Source: Deferribacterales bacterium
Lineage (GTDB): Bacteria; Chrysiogenota; Deferribacteres; Deferribacterales; Geovibrionaceae
Direction of reading: 5' to 3'
NCBI GenBank assembly: GCA_050253075.1
Contig: JBFWJS010000003.1
Span: 181,458-245,457 of the forward strand
Length of the DNA stretch: 64,000 nt
Part shown: piece after piece, positions 49,222 through 59,320 of the stretch
How the letters are laid out: every line of letters begins with the position of its first letter
How positions within the stretch are numbered: position 1 is the first letter of the stretch
Program-made: the position numbers and the translations under genes
Notes under the pieces: model-generated
The model's input: only the letters and a program-made list of their open reading frames with translations
The model's database searches: none
Told to the model about the DNA's origin: nothing

Positions 49222-50685
49222 ATGAAAATACCCTTCAGTCGTTTGCTGCTGTCAGTCTTTCTGTGTGCCTTTCTGGTCTCATGCGGGGGCGGGGAGACAT
49301 ACGGCACAGACGAGACAAATGACGAGATAAATCTACCGAATGTCCTGACGGGCATATTTTATGATTCCCCAGTGGCTGGGCTGTACTACGAATGCACCGC
49401 ATGGCAGTACGGCTATACGGACGAGAACGGCACTTTTGCCTGTAATGAGGGCTGCGAGGTCAGTTTTTACATCGGGGACAAATTCCTTGGCTCTGCTTTA
49501 CCCCGGGACGGAGTGGTGACGCCTATGATGCTCTTCCCCGATGATGAAGGCAGGGCAGTGGGGCTTGCCAGCGTTTTGCAGTCTCTCGACGAAGACAGAG
49601 ATCCCTCAAACGGTATAAAACTCGATGAAGATAAGATAGCGATGATATCTTCCGCAGATTTCGAATTTACAGACGAAGATTTCACAGACAGCGTGATATC
49701 CGCCATTGGCGAGCCTCTTGTAGATGAAGATATAGCGCTGATACATTTAAACCAGTCACTGCGTGAGTATGGCATTGATACAGTAAAACAAGCTCTGCCG
49801 GAGCAGGAGATCGTAGACAATGATAACGACGGCATACCGGACGCCGTTACCAGGTACACCTATGATGTCAACGGACTCCTGACAGAGCAGACAGAAGATA
49901 CTGACGGCGATGGTGTAGTAGATGTAATATACAGCTATGCTTACGACAGTGACTGGAACCTTAAAAGCCGCAGCCGTGATAATAACGGCGACGGTGTGAC
50001 GGATAATTATTATGAATATGAGTACGATACCTATGGCAGACTCATCCAGAGGAAGATCGATGAGGAAGGCGACGGAAATTTCGAATCCATAACTTATATG
50101 ACGTACAACATCTATGGCCGTGAGCTGAGCAGAAGCACAGACACCGCCCCCCTCGGCGACATGAACATAATCATCACTACGGTTTATAATGCTTATAACC
50201 AGGAGGAGTCGAGGGAAGTAGACAGTGACGCAGACGGTGATGCCGACTATGCGGCATTGATAGAGTATGGTGAAGAAGGATATCCGTATAAATACAGCAT
50301 AGATAGTGATGGCGACGGCACATACGAAGAGGTAAGGATATTTACCACGGACTCAGAAGGCAAACCGCTCAGCATGATCAGCGAAAACGAATCCTATATG
50401 GTCACATACGAGTGGACAGGCGATCAAGTCGTTATCAAAACAAGATATGACAATGATCTGGACGGTATAGCAGACGAAACCATCGTCGAAACGGTCGTGG
50501 TGGACGATGTAAACGGCGACCGTTACCTAAGTCTAGTTCGGTATAACGGGCCCATCGGCTCTGACTTTTACTCTGCAGTATATTACGACTATGACGCCGA
50601 CGGAAATGTCATTAGGAGAACGTATTACTATCTGGACGAGGAAGCCCCGATGGCGGTGACCACATATATCTGGGGCGAGTACTAG
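49222..50685 (+). CDS. Acidic lipoprotein with DxDGDG-containing YD-like repeats
   Basis: Lipobox LVSC-GGG; N-terminal GIFYDSPVAGLYY domain; repeated DxD/NGDG..D..Y.YD..G units from ~49810. Confidence 0.75.
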   Translation: MKIPFSRLLLSVFLCAFLVSCGGGETYGTDETNDEINLPNVLTGIFYDSPVAGLYYECTAWQYGYTDENGTFACNEGCEVSFYIGDKFLGSALPRDGVVTPMMLFPDDEGRAVGLASVLQSLDEDRDPSNGIKLDEDKIAMISSADFEFTDEDFTDSVISAIGEPLVDEDIALIHLNQSLREYGIDTVKQALPEQEIVDNDNDGIPDAVTRYTYDVNGLLTEQTEDTDGDGVVDVIYSYAYDSDWNLKSRSRDNNGDGVTDNYYEYEYDTYGRLIQRKIDEEGDGNFESITYMTYNIYGRELSRSTDTAPLGDMNIIITTVYNAYNQEESREVDSDADGDADYAALIEYGEEGYPYKYSIDSDGDGTYEEVRIFTTDSEGKPLSMISENESYMVTYEWTGDQVVIKTRYDNDLDGIADETIVETVVVDDVNGDRYLSLVRYNGPIGSDFYSAVYYDYDADGNVIRRTYYYLDEEAPMAVTTYIWGEY

Positions 50686-50775
50686 CCTTTCAGATCCGAA
50701 AACTATTGAATAATTTTTCACGGAGCATGATCTTAGGCATATTGAGATTTGATTAGTATGATTAAGAGGTGCTCT

Positions 50776-51504
50776 ATGAGATTTTTCCTTACTTTGGCAG
50801 TGATGCTGGCCGCATCCGTGGCGATGGCGGGGCAGGCTGTTGTCTATCAATCCGCAGGTAAAGACTATGAAGGATATTATGCTCCTGTAAAGGGAGCTCC
50901 ACTGGTACTCATCATCCATGACTGGGACGGGCTCACAGACTATGAGGTGAAGAGGGCAGATATGCTGAACGAGCTCGGCTTTTCCGCATTCGCTCTGGAT
51001 ATGTACGGCAAGGGTGTCAGACCAACAGAAATAGCCGAAAACAAACGCCTCACGGCAGAGCTGTATAACGACAGAGAAAAAATGCGCAGACTGCTGAATG
51101 CGGGTGTTGCCGCTGCGAAAGAGCAGGGTGCGGATGTTTCAAACGCCGTGATGATAGGCTATTGCTTTGGCGGTGCTGTCGCCCTTGAATACGCTCGCTC
51201 CGGCGAACCGCTAAAGGCTTTCATACCTTTCCACGGCGGTCTGAGTACGCCTGATGGGCAGGATTATTCAAAGACTAATGGTGAGGTAGTTGTATTCCAC
51301 GGAACAGCGGACAAGGCTGTCAGCATGGCAGAGTTCGCAGCACTGGCTGTGGAGCTGGAGCAGGCGGGCATAAAGCATGAGATGCACACCTACAGCGGTG
51401 CACCCCATGCGTTTACAGTATTTGGTTCTCCGAGGTATCACGAAGAGGCCGATAAGAAATCCTGGTCCAGATTTGTAGAATATATAAATACTAAACTGAA
51501 ATAA
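50776..51504 (+). CDS. Exported dienelactone hydrolase-family protein
   Basis: Signal peptide; HDWDGL, IGYCFGG nucleophile motif, HGTAD, YSGAPHAF; RBS AGAGG favours ATG 50776. Confidence 0.9.
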   Translation: MRFFLTLAVMLAASVAMAGQAVVYQSAGKDYEGYYAPVKGAPLVLIIHDWDGLTDYEVKRADMLNELGFSAFALDMYGKGVRPTEIAENKRLTAELYNDREKMRRLLNAGVAAAKEQGADVSNAVMIGYCFGGAVALEYARSGEPLKAFIPFHGGLSTPDGQDYSKTNGEVVVFHGTADKAVSMAEFAALAVELEQAGIKHEMHTYSGAPHAFTVFGSPRYHEEADKKSWSRFVEYINTKLK

Positions 51505-51509
51505 CAGAT

Positions 51510-51537
51510 AGGCCCGGTGTAAAAAGCCGGGCTTTTT
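51510..51537. terminator. Intrinsic terminator between convergent genes
   Basis: AGGCCCGGT-gtaaaaa-GCCGGGCTTTTT. Confidence 0.7.
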
Positions 51538-52039
51538 ATATCAGAAGCCCGATAGCCAGCACGGCACCAATGGCTGAAACGGCTATCCCTTTACGAAGCT
51601 GTCTGCTCGTCGGCTTATACATGAAAAACGATGACAAAGCGAGGAAGAGCAGCAGCAGGCCGTATGTTACGTTAAACATATGCGAGGGCATGGCTGATGT
51701 GGATTTATGCAGATTCACCATCTTCTGTATGATGTACGGCAGTTCCTTTGATGTGTATGCCAGCTCGCCCGTTGCCGAGTCGTATGTGCCTGTGTATTCC
51801 CCTTTGGAAAAGGTTATGACGCTCCCCTCGGCGGAGACTATATCTATCTTTGCGTGCATCTCTTTCCCTAGATCACCCGCTGGGACACCTTTGTCTATTA
51901 CGATATTTATCTCTCTTTCACTTTTGAGAAAATCAGAATCTCTGTATGTGAGCAATACCCCGCTGACAGCGTAGATAAATGTGATGCCTACCACCAAAAA
52001 GCCTATGTATCTGTGCAGAAAACGCATTGTTGTTATCAT
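51536..52039 (-). CDS. PepSY-associated TM-helix membrane protein
   Basis: RFLHRYIGF....IYAVSG and MVNLHK..LSSFFM motifs; three hydrophobic segments. Confidence 0.75.
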   Translation of the reverse strand: MITTMRFLHRYIGFLVVGITFIYAVSGVLLTYRDSDFLKSEREINIVIDKGVPAGDLGKEMHAKIDIVSAEGSVITFSKGEYTGTYDSATGELAYTSKELPYIIQKMVNLHKSTSAMPSHMFNVTYGLLLLFLALSSFFMYKPTSRQLRKGIAVSAIGAVLAIGLLI

Positions 52040-52060
52040 TTTCTCCTCCTTTGTTAATCA

Positions 52061-52077
52061 TATCTAAATGTTAGATA
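52061..52077. promoter_or_regulatory. Perfect 7-3-7 palindrome upstream of the PepSY-TM gene
   Basis: TATCTAA-atg-TTAGATA, flanked by TTAAT/ATTAA. Confidence 0.35.
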
Positions 52078-52174
52078 ATTAAAAGTTAACAAGCGTAAAG
52101 AAGGGTAAATTATAAGCAAATATCATTATTTTTAGTGGTATATTATCTCTAATGATTATACTAGGGGCGGAAAT

Positions 52175-52762
52175 ATGAATGCGAAACTGAATGCACTGCT
52201 TGCGAAACTCGAACAATTCGGAGCCGATAACGACTCGGTGAAAGAGGTCAAATCAGAAAAAATGCTCAACATCACCCGTGATACAGGTGAATTCCTCCGT
52301 GCGATGATAGTCGCCGCGAATGCCAAAAATATCGTCGAGGCGGGTACTTCGAACGGGTACTCCACCATATGGCTTGCTCTCGGTGCCGAGGCTGTTGGCG
52401 GGCAGGTCATCACTATAGAGCTTCTGGACGAAAAGGTAAAGATGGCAGCCGAAAACTTTGCAGAATCTGGCATGGGCGGATTTATCACACAGATTCAGCA
52501 GGATGCGGGCTTCTACTTTGCATCTTTGAAAGACGCTTCCGTGGATATGGTATTCCTCGACTCAAAGCGTACAGAGTATGCAGGATGGTGGGGCGATATC
52601 CTCAGGTGCCTTGTGCCGGGCGGGTTTATCGTTGTGGATAATGCTCTCTCTCACGTGGAGGAGCTGGCAGATTTCACCGAGACGGTAAATGCCTGTGACA
52701 GGGTCATCACTTCTCTGCTCCCTTTGGGTAAGGGCGAGCTGGTGATAGTGAAGAACAGATAG
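52175..52762 (+). CDS. O-methyltransferase (Methyltransf_3/YrrM-like)
   Basis: IVEAGTSNGYSTIWLA, DMVFLDS, PGGFIVVDNALSH. Confidence 0.9.
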   Translation: MNAKLNALLAKLEQFGADNDSVKEVKSEKMLNITRDTGEFLRAMIVAANAKNIVEAGTSNGYSTIWLALGAEAVGGQVITIELLDEKVKMAAENFAESGMGGFITQIQQDAGFYFASLKDASVDMVFLDSKRTEYAGWWGDILRCLVPGGFIVVDNALSHVEELADFTETVNACDRVITSLLPLGKGELVIVKNR

Positions 52763-53443
52763 CTATCTGAGCGGGTCGGACTGCTCCATCCATTTGGTGA
52801 TGAACCTGTAGGCACGGTTCACATCCATGAATTTATCCTTGTCGCCGTCTGACTGGTCGGGGTGGTACTGCTTGCACAGTTCTCTGAAGCGTATCTTCAC
52901 CGTTGCTAGGTTTTCATGGCCGTGGAGCCCGAGCGTGAGGTATGCGTCGTTTATGCTGTTGTCCGAGCTGAGTATCTCCCACGCTCCCGAAAGGAGGCTT
53001 TCGGCGGAGACACTGTCCAGCTTGTCATAGTTTGCTTTGTCCAGATAAAAATATTTCAGCGATATGGATTCCAATGCGGAGTCTCCGAGCTGTTCGGTGT
53101 GTAAGGTGCAGTGTTCGGAGCCTGCTGATGCGGGCATATTGCAGAAAGACATTGTGTCTTCGTTAAAGTATGCGCATAAGCCTTTTTCGGGATATCTGAA
53201 AACACCCGTCCGCATGAAGTGCACATGCAGATATTTGCCTTCGTTCACGTATTCGTTCTGCATGGAGTACAGCTTATGAAACAGGGCAAAGTGCATCCTG
53301 TAAAGCTCCACTGCGGGCATGCCTAGTATAGTGATGTCTCTGAAAGCTGCTTTCAGCATCTTGCTTTCGTAGCAGGGCTCTGTCTCTATCAGCTCTTTCA
53401 GCGCTTTTTCGTCTATCGTTTCGAGGAAATCGTTCAGCTTCAT
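52763..53443 (-). CDS. DnaJ-related protein with C-terminal J domain
   Basis: LYRMHFALFHKLY N-terminal motif; C-terminal AY.TLGL..YHPDQ.DGD..KF..VNRAY with HPD. Confidence 0.82.
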   Translation of the reverse strand: MKLNDFLETIDEKALKELIETEPCYESKMLKAAFRDITILGMPAVELYRMHFALFHKLYSMQNEYVNEGKYLHVHFMRTGVFRYPEKGLCAYFNEDTMSFCNMPASAGSEHCTLHTEQLGDSALESISLKYFYLDKANYDKLDSVSAESLLSGAWEILSSDNSINDAYLTLGLHGHENLATVKIRFRELCKQYHPDQSDGDKDKFMDVNRAYRFITKWMEQSDPLR

Positions 53444-55302
53444 TCTTTATCCGTCAGTTCTTCCTGTCTTTCCATCAGTTCGAGGATGCGCATTTCGGCT
53501 TCTTCTATCCTCTCCTGAGCCTGAGACAGCTCTGTATAGTTGCTTCCGCCTTTTGCCAACACGGCCTGATCTGCGCCTACCTGTGCTTCGAGCTTTTCTA
53601 TCTCGGCGGGGATGCCTTCCAGCTCTTTCTTTTCCATATATGTCAGCTTCGCCTTCTTTTCGGTCTTTGGCGGTGCGGGCTTTTCTTTTACTTCACGCTT
53701 CTTTTCCGCCTGCTGTTCCTTGCGCAGCTCGATATAGTCGTCGTAATCACCGGGGAACTTGTCTATCCCGCCTTCGCCGTCGAAGACGAGCAGGGTGTCC
53801 GTGACACGGTTCATAAAGCATCTGTCGTGGGAAACGACGAGGAGACACCCTGGGAAATCCACGAGGAAGTCCTCCAGTACGGAGAGGGTCTTTATATCAA
53901 GGTCGTTCGTAGGTTCGTCCAGTATCAGGAAGTTCGGGTTCAGCATCAGTATCAGTACAAGGTGCAGTCTGCGCTTTTCCCCTCCGCTCAGCTTATGCAC
54001 GGGGGTGTGGTGCATTATAGACGGAAAGAGGAACTTTTCGAGCATCTGCCCTGCGCTAATCGTCTTTCCGTTTGGCAGAAAGATGGTCTCCTTCTCCTGC
54101 TTTACGATGTCTATGATGCGTGTGTCGGGGTCGAGAACCTTGCTGTGCTGGTCAAACACTGCGAATGTGGTGTTTACGCCTTTACGTACTTCACCGCTGT
54201 CTGAGGGCTCTTCCTCTGTTATCAGGCGTATGAATGTACTCTTGCCTGCGCCGTTCGGACCGACAATGCCCAGATGTTCGTTATGTTTGAAAGTGTATGT
54301 GAACGGCTTTATTATCTCTTTGCCGTCGTATGATTTCGATATATCTTCCACCTCGAGTATCTGTTTGCCGAGGCGTTTTCCGCTTATTTCGAGCTCCAGC
54401 TCCTGCTGTTTGTGCATTTTCGGGCGGTTCTGCATCTCTATTACACGGTCTTTGCGTGCTTTCTGTTTTGTGGTTCGGGCTTTTACCCCTGCTTTCAGCC
54501 ACTTCAGCTCGTTGCGCAGGATGTTTTTTATACGGTCTTCCTCACGCATGAGGCTGTCTTCTATCTCCGCCTTTTTTTCAAGGTAGTATGAATAGTTTCC
54601 GTTGAATGTGTATATCCCCTGACGGTCTATCTCTATGATATTTGTGCAGATGGAGTCTAGGAAGTATCTGTCGTGGGTGACCATCAGTATGGACTTGTTC
54701 GTTTTGGATAGGAATGTCTGCAGCCAGTCCACCGTCTCTATGTCCAGATGGTTGGTCGGCTCATCCAGTATCAGCAGGTTTCCTTCGTCTATCAGTGCCT
54801 TTGCCAGAGCGGCCTTTTTTATCATCCCTCCGGACAGTGTGCCCATCTTCAGACTTACGTCGTTTATGCCAAGCTCGCCGAGTACGGATTTCACTTCGTA
54901 TTCATACTGCCATGCGTCCAGCTTGTTCATCTCTTCCATGGTTTTGTCCAGCTCGTCACGGTATCTGTCGGAGTCCTCCGCCTTTGTACATAGCTCTTCA
55001 TAGTGCTTTATCAACTTCACCAGTGCGGATTCGCCCGACATGATGAAGTCGAGTATGGTGTCCTCTGGCTTTATGTCGGGGAGCTGAGGCAGATAGTTGA
55101 TGCGGCATTCTTTATTTCGGGATATCAGTCCGCTGTCGGGGGTGCCTATACCTGCTATCATTTTTAGCAGGGTGGACTTCCCGCAGCCGTTCACGCCGAT
55201 GAGCGCCGTCTTTTGTCCTGATTCGATACCAAAAGATATATCTGAGAAAAGGGTCTTATCCCCCATGGTTTTAGAAATGCTGTCGACTGATATAAGGTTC
55301 AT
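53440..55302 (-). CDS. uup: ABC-F family ATPase (Uup-like)
   Basis: Two ABC domains (GVNGCGKS, GPNGAGKS; LDEPTNHLD, LDEPTNDLD), linker WL..G.KARTTKQKAR, C-terminal coiled coil, no TM; RBS GGAGG favours ATG 55302. Confidence 0.88.
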   Translation of the reverse strand: MNLISVDSISKTMGDKTLFSDISFGIESGQKTALIGVNGCGKSTLLKMIAGIGTPDSGLISRNKECRINYLPQLPDIKPEDTILDFIMSGESALVKLIKHYEELCTKAEDSDRYRDELDKTMEEMNKLDAWQYEYEVKSVLGELGINDVSLKMGTLSGGMIKKAALAKALIDEGNLLILDEPTNHLDIETVDWLQTFLSKTNKSILMVTHDRYFLDSICTNIIEIDRQGIYTFNGNYSYYLEKKAEIEDSLMREEDRIKNILRNELKWLKAGVKARTTKQKARKDRVIEMQNRPKMHKQQELELEISGKRLGKQILEVEDISKSYDGKEIIKPFTYTFKHNEHLGIVGPNGAGKSTFIRLITEEEPSDSGEVRKGVNTTFAVFDQHSKVLDPDTRIIDIVKQEKETIFLPNGKTISAGQMLEKFLFPSIMHHTPVHKLSGGEKRRLHLVLILMLNPNFLILDEPTNDLDIKTLSVLEDFLVDFPGCLLVVSHDRCFMNRVTDTLLVFDGEGGIDKFPGDYDDYIELRKEQQAEKKREVKEKPAPPKTEKKAKLTYMEKKELEGIPAEIEKLEAQVGADQAVLAKGGSNYTELSQAQERIEEAEMRILELMERQEELTDKE

Positions 55303-55452
55303 TTCGCCTCCAAAATAAAGCTCAGGCATGATATCAAAAAGCCCGTTATACTTCAATCTCCATTAGTAAATAGCTTTACAAAGCACCTAAAATAGTAATA
55401 TTCTCATTTGGTATATATTTTTATTATGATTATTGTGCGTGCAAGGGTTTCG

Positions 55453-58128
55453 ATGAATTTTAAACATACTAATTTTAAATGGGTGCTGTTCATAGCATTA
55501 GTAATTATCGTTATGAACTGCGTTTACATATATTTGAGTTATGTCATCAGCATGGATTCTATCCGTGCGAAGCTGCGTGAAGAGACGGCCAATGTCAGAG
55601 AAATATTTGTCATGGCTGAGGAATCAACTGCGAGCAACATGCAGTTGGTTGCTTCATATGTGGCAGCTCAGCCGAGGGTGCAGGAGCTTTTTTACCTCGG
55701 CGCACAGGCTGTTCTGGAAGAGGGCGGTGCAGGCGGCGGGTATGAAGCGGATTATTATCGAAAAGAGCTGTACAACTATGTAAAGCAGAGCTGGGAAGCG
55801 GTTCGTAAGGATTACGACACCAGACAGCTTCATTTTCATCTCGGGCCCGGGTCAAACTCATTCCTGCGTGTGCATAAGCCTGAGAAATTCGGCGATAATA
55901 TGGACAGCGTCAGGTTCACCATCGTAGATTCAAACAAATATCAGATAAAAGTAAGAGGCTTTGAGACAGGGCGTGTCTATTCGGGTATACGGGGCGTAGT
56001 GCCTGTGTATTATACCGACCCCTTCACAGGGAAAAAGACGCATATAGGCGCACTGGAGGCGGGGACATCATTTTCAGAGATGATAGGCAATATGTCCGCC
56101 ACGGTGAATGCAGATGTCGCCGTGTTTCTTAAGATAGACCATATGAAGGCTTATATGTGGCCGTCTGCCGTTGAAAAACGCATCCTTGATAATTATGGCA
56201 ATAACGGATATCTGGCAGATACACAGATAAACTCTGAAGTGATGAAGTATGTGCTTTTCCGACTGCCGGGGTTTAAGCTGGAGCCGAGAGAATTCGTGAT
56301 GTTTCAGTTCCGCGGCAGGGACTATTATATATCCTCCATACCGTTTCTGGACTATGCCTCTGATAAGGTCGGCATAGACGACGAAGTCGGGCTCTTCACC
56401 TATGTGAAAGATGTGTCTGAGCAGATGGTCGCACTCAGAGATGCCAATACCAAAAATGCTTATTACTCTACTACGGCCTGTTTTATTCTGTTGATAATTA
56501 TCACACTTTCGTGGATAGCCGGTTCGAAGAAGCTGGTGAGCATTATAGACTCTCAGACAAAAGAACTGGAAAAGGCGAGGAAAGCTGCTGAGGCTGCCAG
56601 CGAGGCAAAGAGCCTGTTCCTTGCGAATATGAGCCACGAGATACGTACACCTATGAACGCCATCAGCGGTCTGAACCAGCTTCTGCTTGAAACAGAGCTG
56701 AATGAAAGACAACACGACTATATAGAAAAGAGCCAGTGTGCCACACATCACCTGCTGGGTATCATAAACGAGATCCTTGATTTTTCTAAGATCGAAGCGG
56801 GCAAGATGACTCTGGAGAACATCCAGTTCGACCTTTGCGCCGTATTGGATAATGTGGAGCAGGTGCTCATGCATAATGCAAACGATAAGGGGCTTGCATT
56901 TTCCGTGAAGAAGCCTTCTATGCCGGATTGCGGGCTGATAGGCGATCCGCTGAAGCTGTCGCAGATACTTATAAACCTCGGCAGTAACGCAGTTAAATTC
57001 ACATCCGAAGGCTCTGTCGAGATCAAAGCTGTCATCATGCAGGCATCAGACGGGCGTGTCGTCATCAGGTTCTCCGTGAAAGACACGGGGATAGGCATCA
57101 GGGAAAACCGAAAGGCCGTACTCTTCGAGGAATTCACACAGGCGGAATCCTCTGTCACAAGGGTGTACGGAGGCACAGGGCTGGGGCTGACCATCAGTAA
57201 AAAGATGGTGGAGATGATGGGCGGCGAGATATGGTTTGAGAGCGAATACGGTAAAGGCAGCACTTTCAGCTTTATCATCCCTTTCTCTACGGGTGATGCC
57301 GTGGATGAAGAGCACAAGTTCTATTCCGACAGCAAGGGGCTGGTATTTGTGAAAGGTGGCACCTTTACAAAAGCAAATGCAGAGCTTGTGAGAGGAGTAG
57401 TGGGCAGGCTGGATATAGCCGTGAGCTACGGAGACGCAGCGACAAAAGCTGAAAAGTTTAAGAGTGCAGACGAATTTTATAATTTTGTAATAATAGATAA
57501 GATTGATATAGAGAGGCTCGGGTTTATCAAATTCATATCCGAGCTAGGCAGTAAACACACCAAAACGCACGTGATACTGACGGACGATGCTGTGGACGAT
57601 ACCATGAAGGAGAGCTTTCCTTCGCTCACTTTCCACACGCTTTCTCAGCCTGTAATACACTCGGAGCTGATAAATATAATCAGCGAGATATCGGATAAGA
57701 GCAGGGGTGTTCAGGCTTTCCGCAGGGAAAAACCTCTGGATAAATTTGCAGGCGGACGTGTGCTCGTCGCCGAGGACAATAAGCTGAATCAGCTGGTTGT
57801 CACAGAGCTGCTGAAGAATATGGAGCTGACCTGCGATCTGGCCGTAAACGGGGAAGAGGCTGTGGACGTGGTATTTGCCAATCCTCCGCACACATTCGAC
57901 ATTGTCCTGATGGATATGCATATGCCCGAAATGGACGGTCAGGAAGCGGCGAAGATCATAAAGGATAACCCTGACTATGCAGACCTGCCGATATATGCTC
58001 TCTCTGCCGATGTGATAGGCGAGAATGTGCATGATGCTATGGAATGTGGTCTGGACGGATATCTGGAAAAGCCTATCTCGATGGTAAAGCTGAGAGAGGT
58101 CCTCTCTAAGTACCTGCAGTCGAAATAA
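55453..58128 (+). CDS. Hybrid sensor histidine kinase/response regulator with periplasmic Cache-type domain
   Basis: QLHFHL....[13 protein letters not shown] (dCache_3-like); [22 protein letters not shown]-terminal [21 protein letters not shown]; start 55453 likely (track 55408). Confidence 0.92.
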   Translation: MNFKHTNFKWVLFIALVIIVMNCVYIYLSYVISMDSIRAKLREETANVREIFVMAEESTASNMQLVASYVAAQPRVQELFYLGAQAVLEEGGAGGGYEADYYRKELYNYVKQSWEAVRKDYDTRQLHFHLGPGSNSFLRVHKPEKFGDNMDSVRFTIVDSNKYQIKVRGFETGRVYSGIRGVVPVYYTDPFTGKKTHIGALEAGTSFSEMIGNMSATVNADVAVFLKIDHMKAYMWPSAVEKRILDNYGNNGYLADTQINSEVMKYVLFRLPGFKLEPREFVMFQFRGRDYYISSIPFLDYASDKVGIDDEVGLFTYVKDVSEQMVALRDANTKNAYYSTTACFILLIIITLSWIAGSKKLVSIIDSQTKELEKARKAAEAASEAKSLFLANMSHEIRTPMNAISGLNQLLLETELNERQHDYIEKSQCATHHLLGIINEILDFSKIEAGKMTLENIQFDLCAVLDNVEQVLMHNANDKGLAFSVKKPSMPDCGLIGDPLKLSQILINLGSNAVKFTSEGSVEIKAVIMQASDGRVVIRFSVKDTGIGIRENRKAVLFEEFTQAESSVTRVYGGTGLGLTISKKMVEMMGGEIWFESEYGKGSTFSFIIPFSTGDAVDEEHKFYSDSKGLVFVKGGTFTKANAELVRGVVGRLDIAVSYGDAATKAEKFKSADEFYNFVIIDKIDIERLGFIKFISELGSKHTKTHVILTDDAVDDTMKESFPSLTFHTLSQPVIHSELINIISEISDKSRGVQAFRREKPLDKFAGGRVLVAEDNKLNQLVVTELLKNMELTCDLAVNGEEAVDVVFANPPHTFDIVLMDMHMPEMDGQEAAKIIKDNPDYADLPIYALSADVIGENVHDAMECGLDGYLEKPISMVKLREVLSKYLQSK

Positions 58129-58132
58129 TTTT

Positions 58133-59155
58133 CTAAAAAGGTATGGTCACCATCACGTCTATTATATTGTTTTCATAGTTCATTCTGATGTCGCCTTTGA
58201 AGAGGTCCGTCATGACCTTACTGCAATAGGTTCCGTATCCTGTACCTTCGCTGTTTGTTCCGCGCACATACCTGCTGAAGAAGTTCTCACGGATTATCTC
58301 ATCCAGTGAGCCGTGGTTTTTGACCGATACGGTGAAGCTGTCTGCTGATTTTGTAATATGGAGATAGACATCCGAACCGTTTGTGCTGTATTTGAATGCG
58401 TTGTTCACCAGATTAGAAAATAGCAGGTATATCAATCCTTTATTATGCTTTGTCGTGTAATCTTCGAAAGATTCGGACGAGTTGTCTGTGCTGATGGTTA
58501 CGGACAGGCTTTTGTTTCTGGCTAATGCAGACTGGTCCTCTGCTATCTCCCGCAGGGTTTCATAAAGGCTGACCCCTTTTACAGAGCGGTAGCTGTCGCA
58601 TAACAGGCTCTTTTTCAGGCTTTCATACGTTCCCAGTATCTTTTCCATAACCATGGCGGTCTGTACTGAGACCTGTATGTTTTCATGGAAATCTTCGAAA
58701 TCGCTGATCTCATAGGAGTCTTTAAGGGTTTGATTTACCAGATTGAGGTTATTCAGAGCGTTGCGCATTTCATGGGAATATATACTGTCCAGCTCCTTGA
58801 CGAGCTTGGTATTTGCGGAATAGTCACCCGTGTCGGTGAATATTAAAAGATGTTTTTCATTACCGTCTTTATACACTTTTGTCTTTATAACGAAGAATTC
58901 CATGCCCATTGTGCTGCATTCGAGCATATGTATTACCTTATCGGTATCGGACATGTCTATATGGACGGCGCTGTTCGCACAGGAAGTATTAGATAGGCAG
59001 CCAACTACATCTTTCAACTGCTTATCTCTGTAATCTGAACAGTTCGAAATCTTCAATAATGAATTACTGACCATTTCCACTTTGTTATCAGTAGGGTCAA
59101 GCAATACAAAATAAATAGAGTCGTTCAGATCCAGCAGTTTAATGAATTTGTACAC
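58133..59155 (-). CDS. Cytoplasmic histidine kinase (HisKA-HATPase)
   Basis: SHEMRNALN, NLVNNAFKYS, VKNHG, GTGYGTY; no TM; RBS GAGG favours GTG 59155 (track 59191). Confidence 0.82.
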   Translation of the reverse strand: MYKFIKLLDLNDSIYFVLLDPTDNKVEMVSNSLLKISNCSDYRDKQLKDVVGCLSNTSCANSAVHIDMSDTDKVIHMLECSTMGMEFFVIKTKVYKDGNEKHLLIFTDTGDYSANTKLVKELDSIYSHEMRNALNNLNLVNQTLKDSYEISDFEDFHENIQVSVQTAMVMEKILGTYESLKKSLLCDSYRSVKGVSLYETLREIAEDQSALARNKSLSVTISTDNSSESFEDYTTKHNKGLIYLLFSNLVNNAFKYSTNGSDVYLHITKSADSFTVSVKNHGSLDEIIRENFFSRYVRGTNSEGTGYGTYCSKVMTDLFKGDIRMNYENNIIDVMVTIPF

Positions 59156-59320
59156 CAGATCACCTCTCACACCACTATGACAATATAGCACAAGAGTGAT
59201 TAAAATATATACACTTTATTTTGAATAATTGCTGAAATGTGACATTTTTTAAGAAATCTTTAAGATGCGTAAACTTAGAAAAACGGGCACGCCTGGGCAT
59301 GCCCGCATGTTTTGATATTA

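Noticed and set aside
49810..50685. RHS/polymorphic toxin interpretation of the YD-like repeats
   Set aside because: Too short, with no RHS core-end motif, toxin tip or immunity gene; it has a lipoprotein signal instead.
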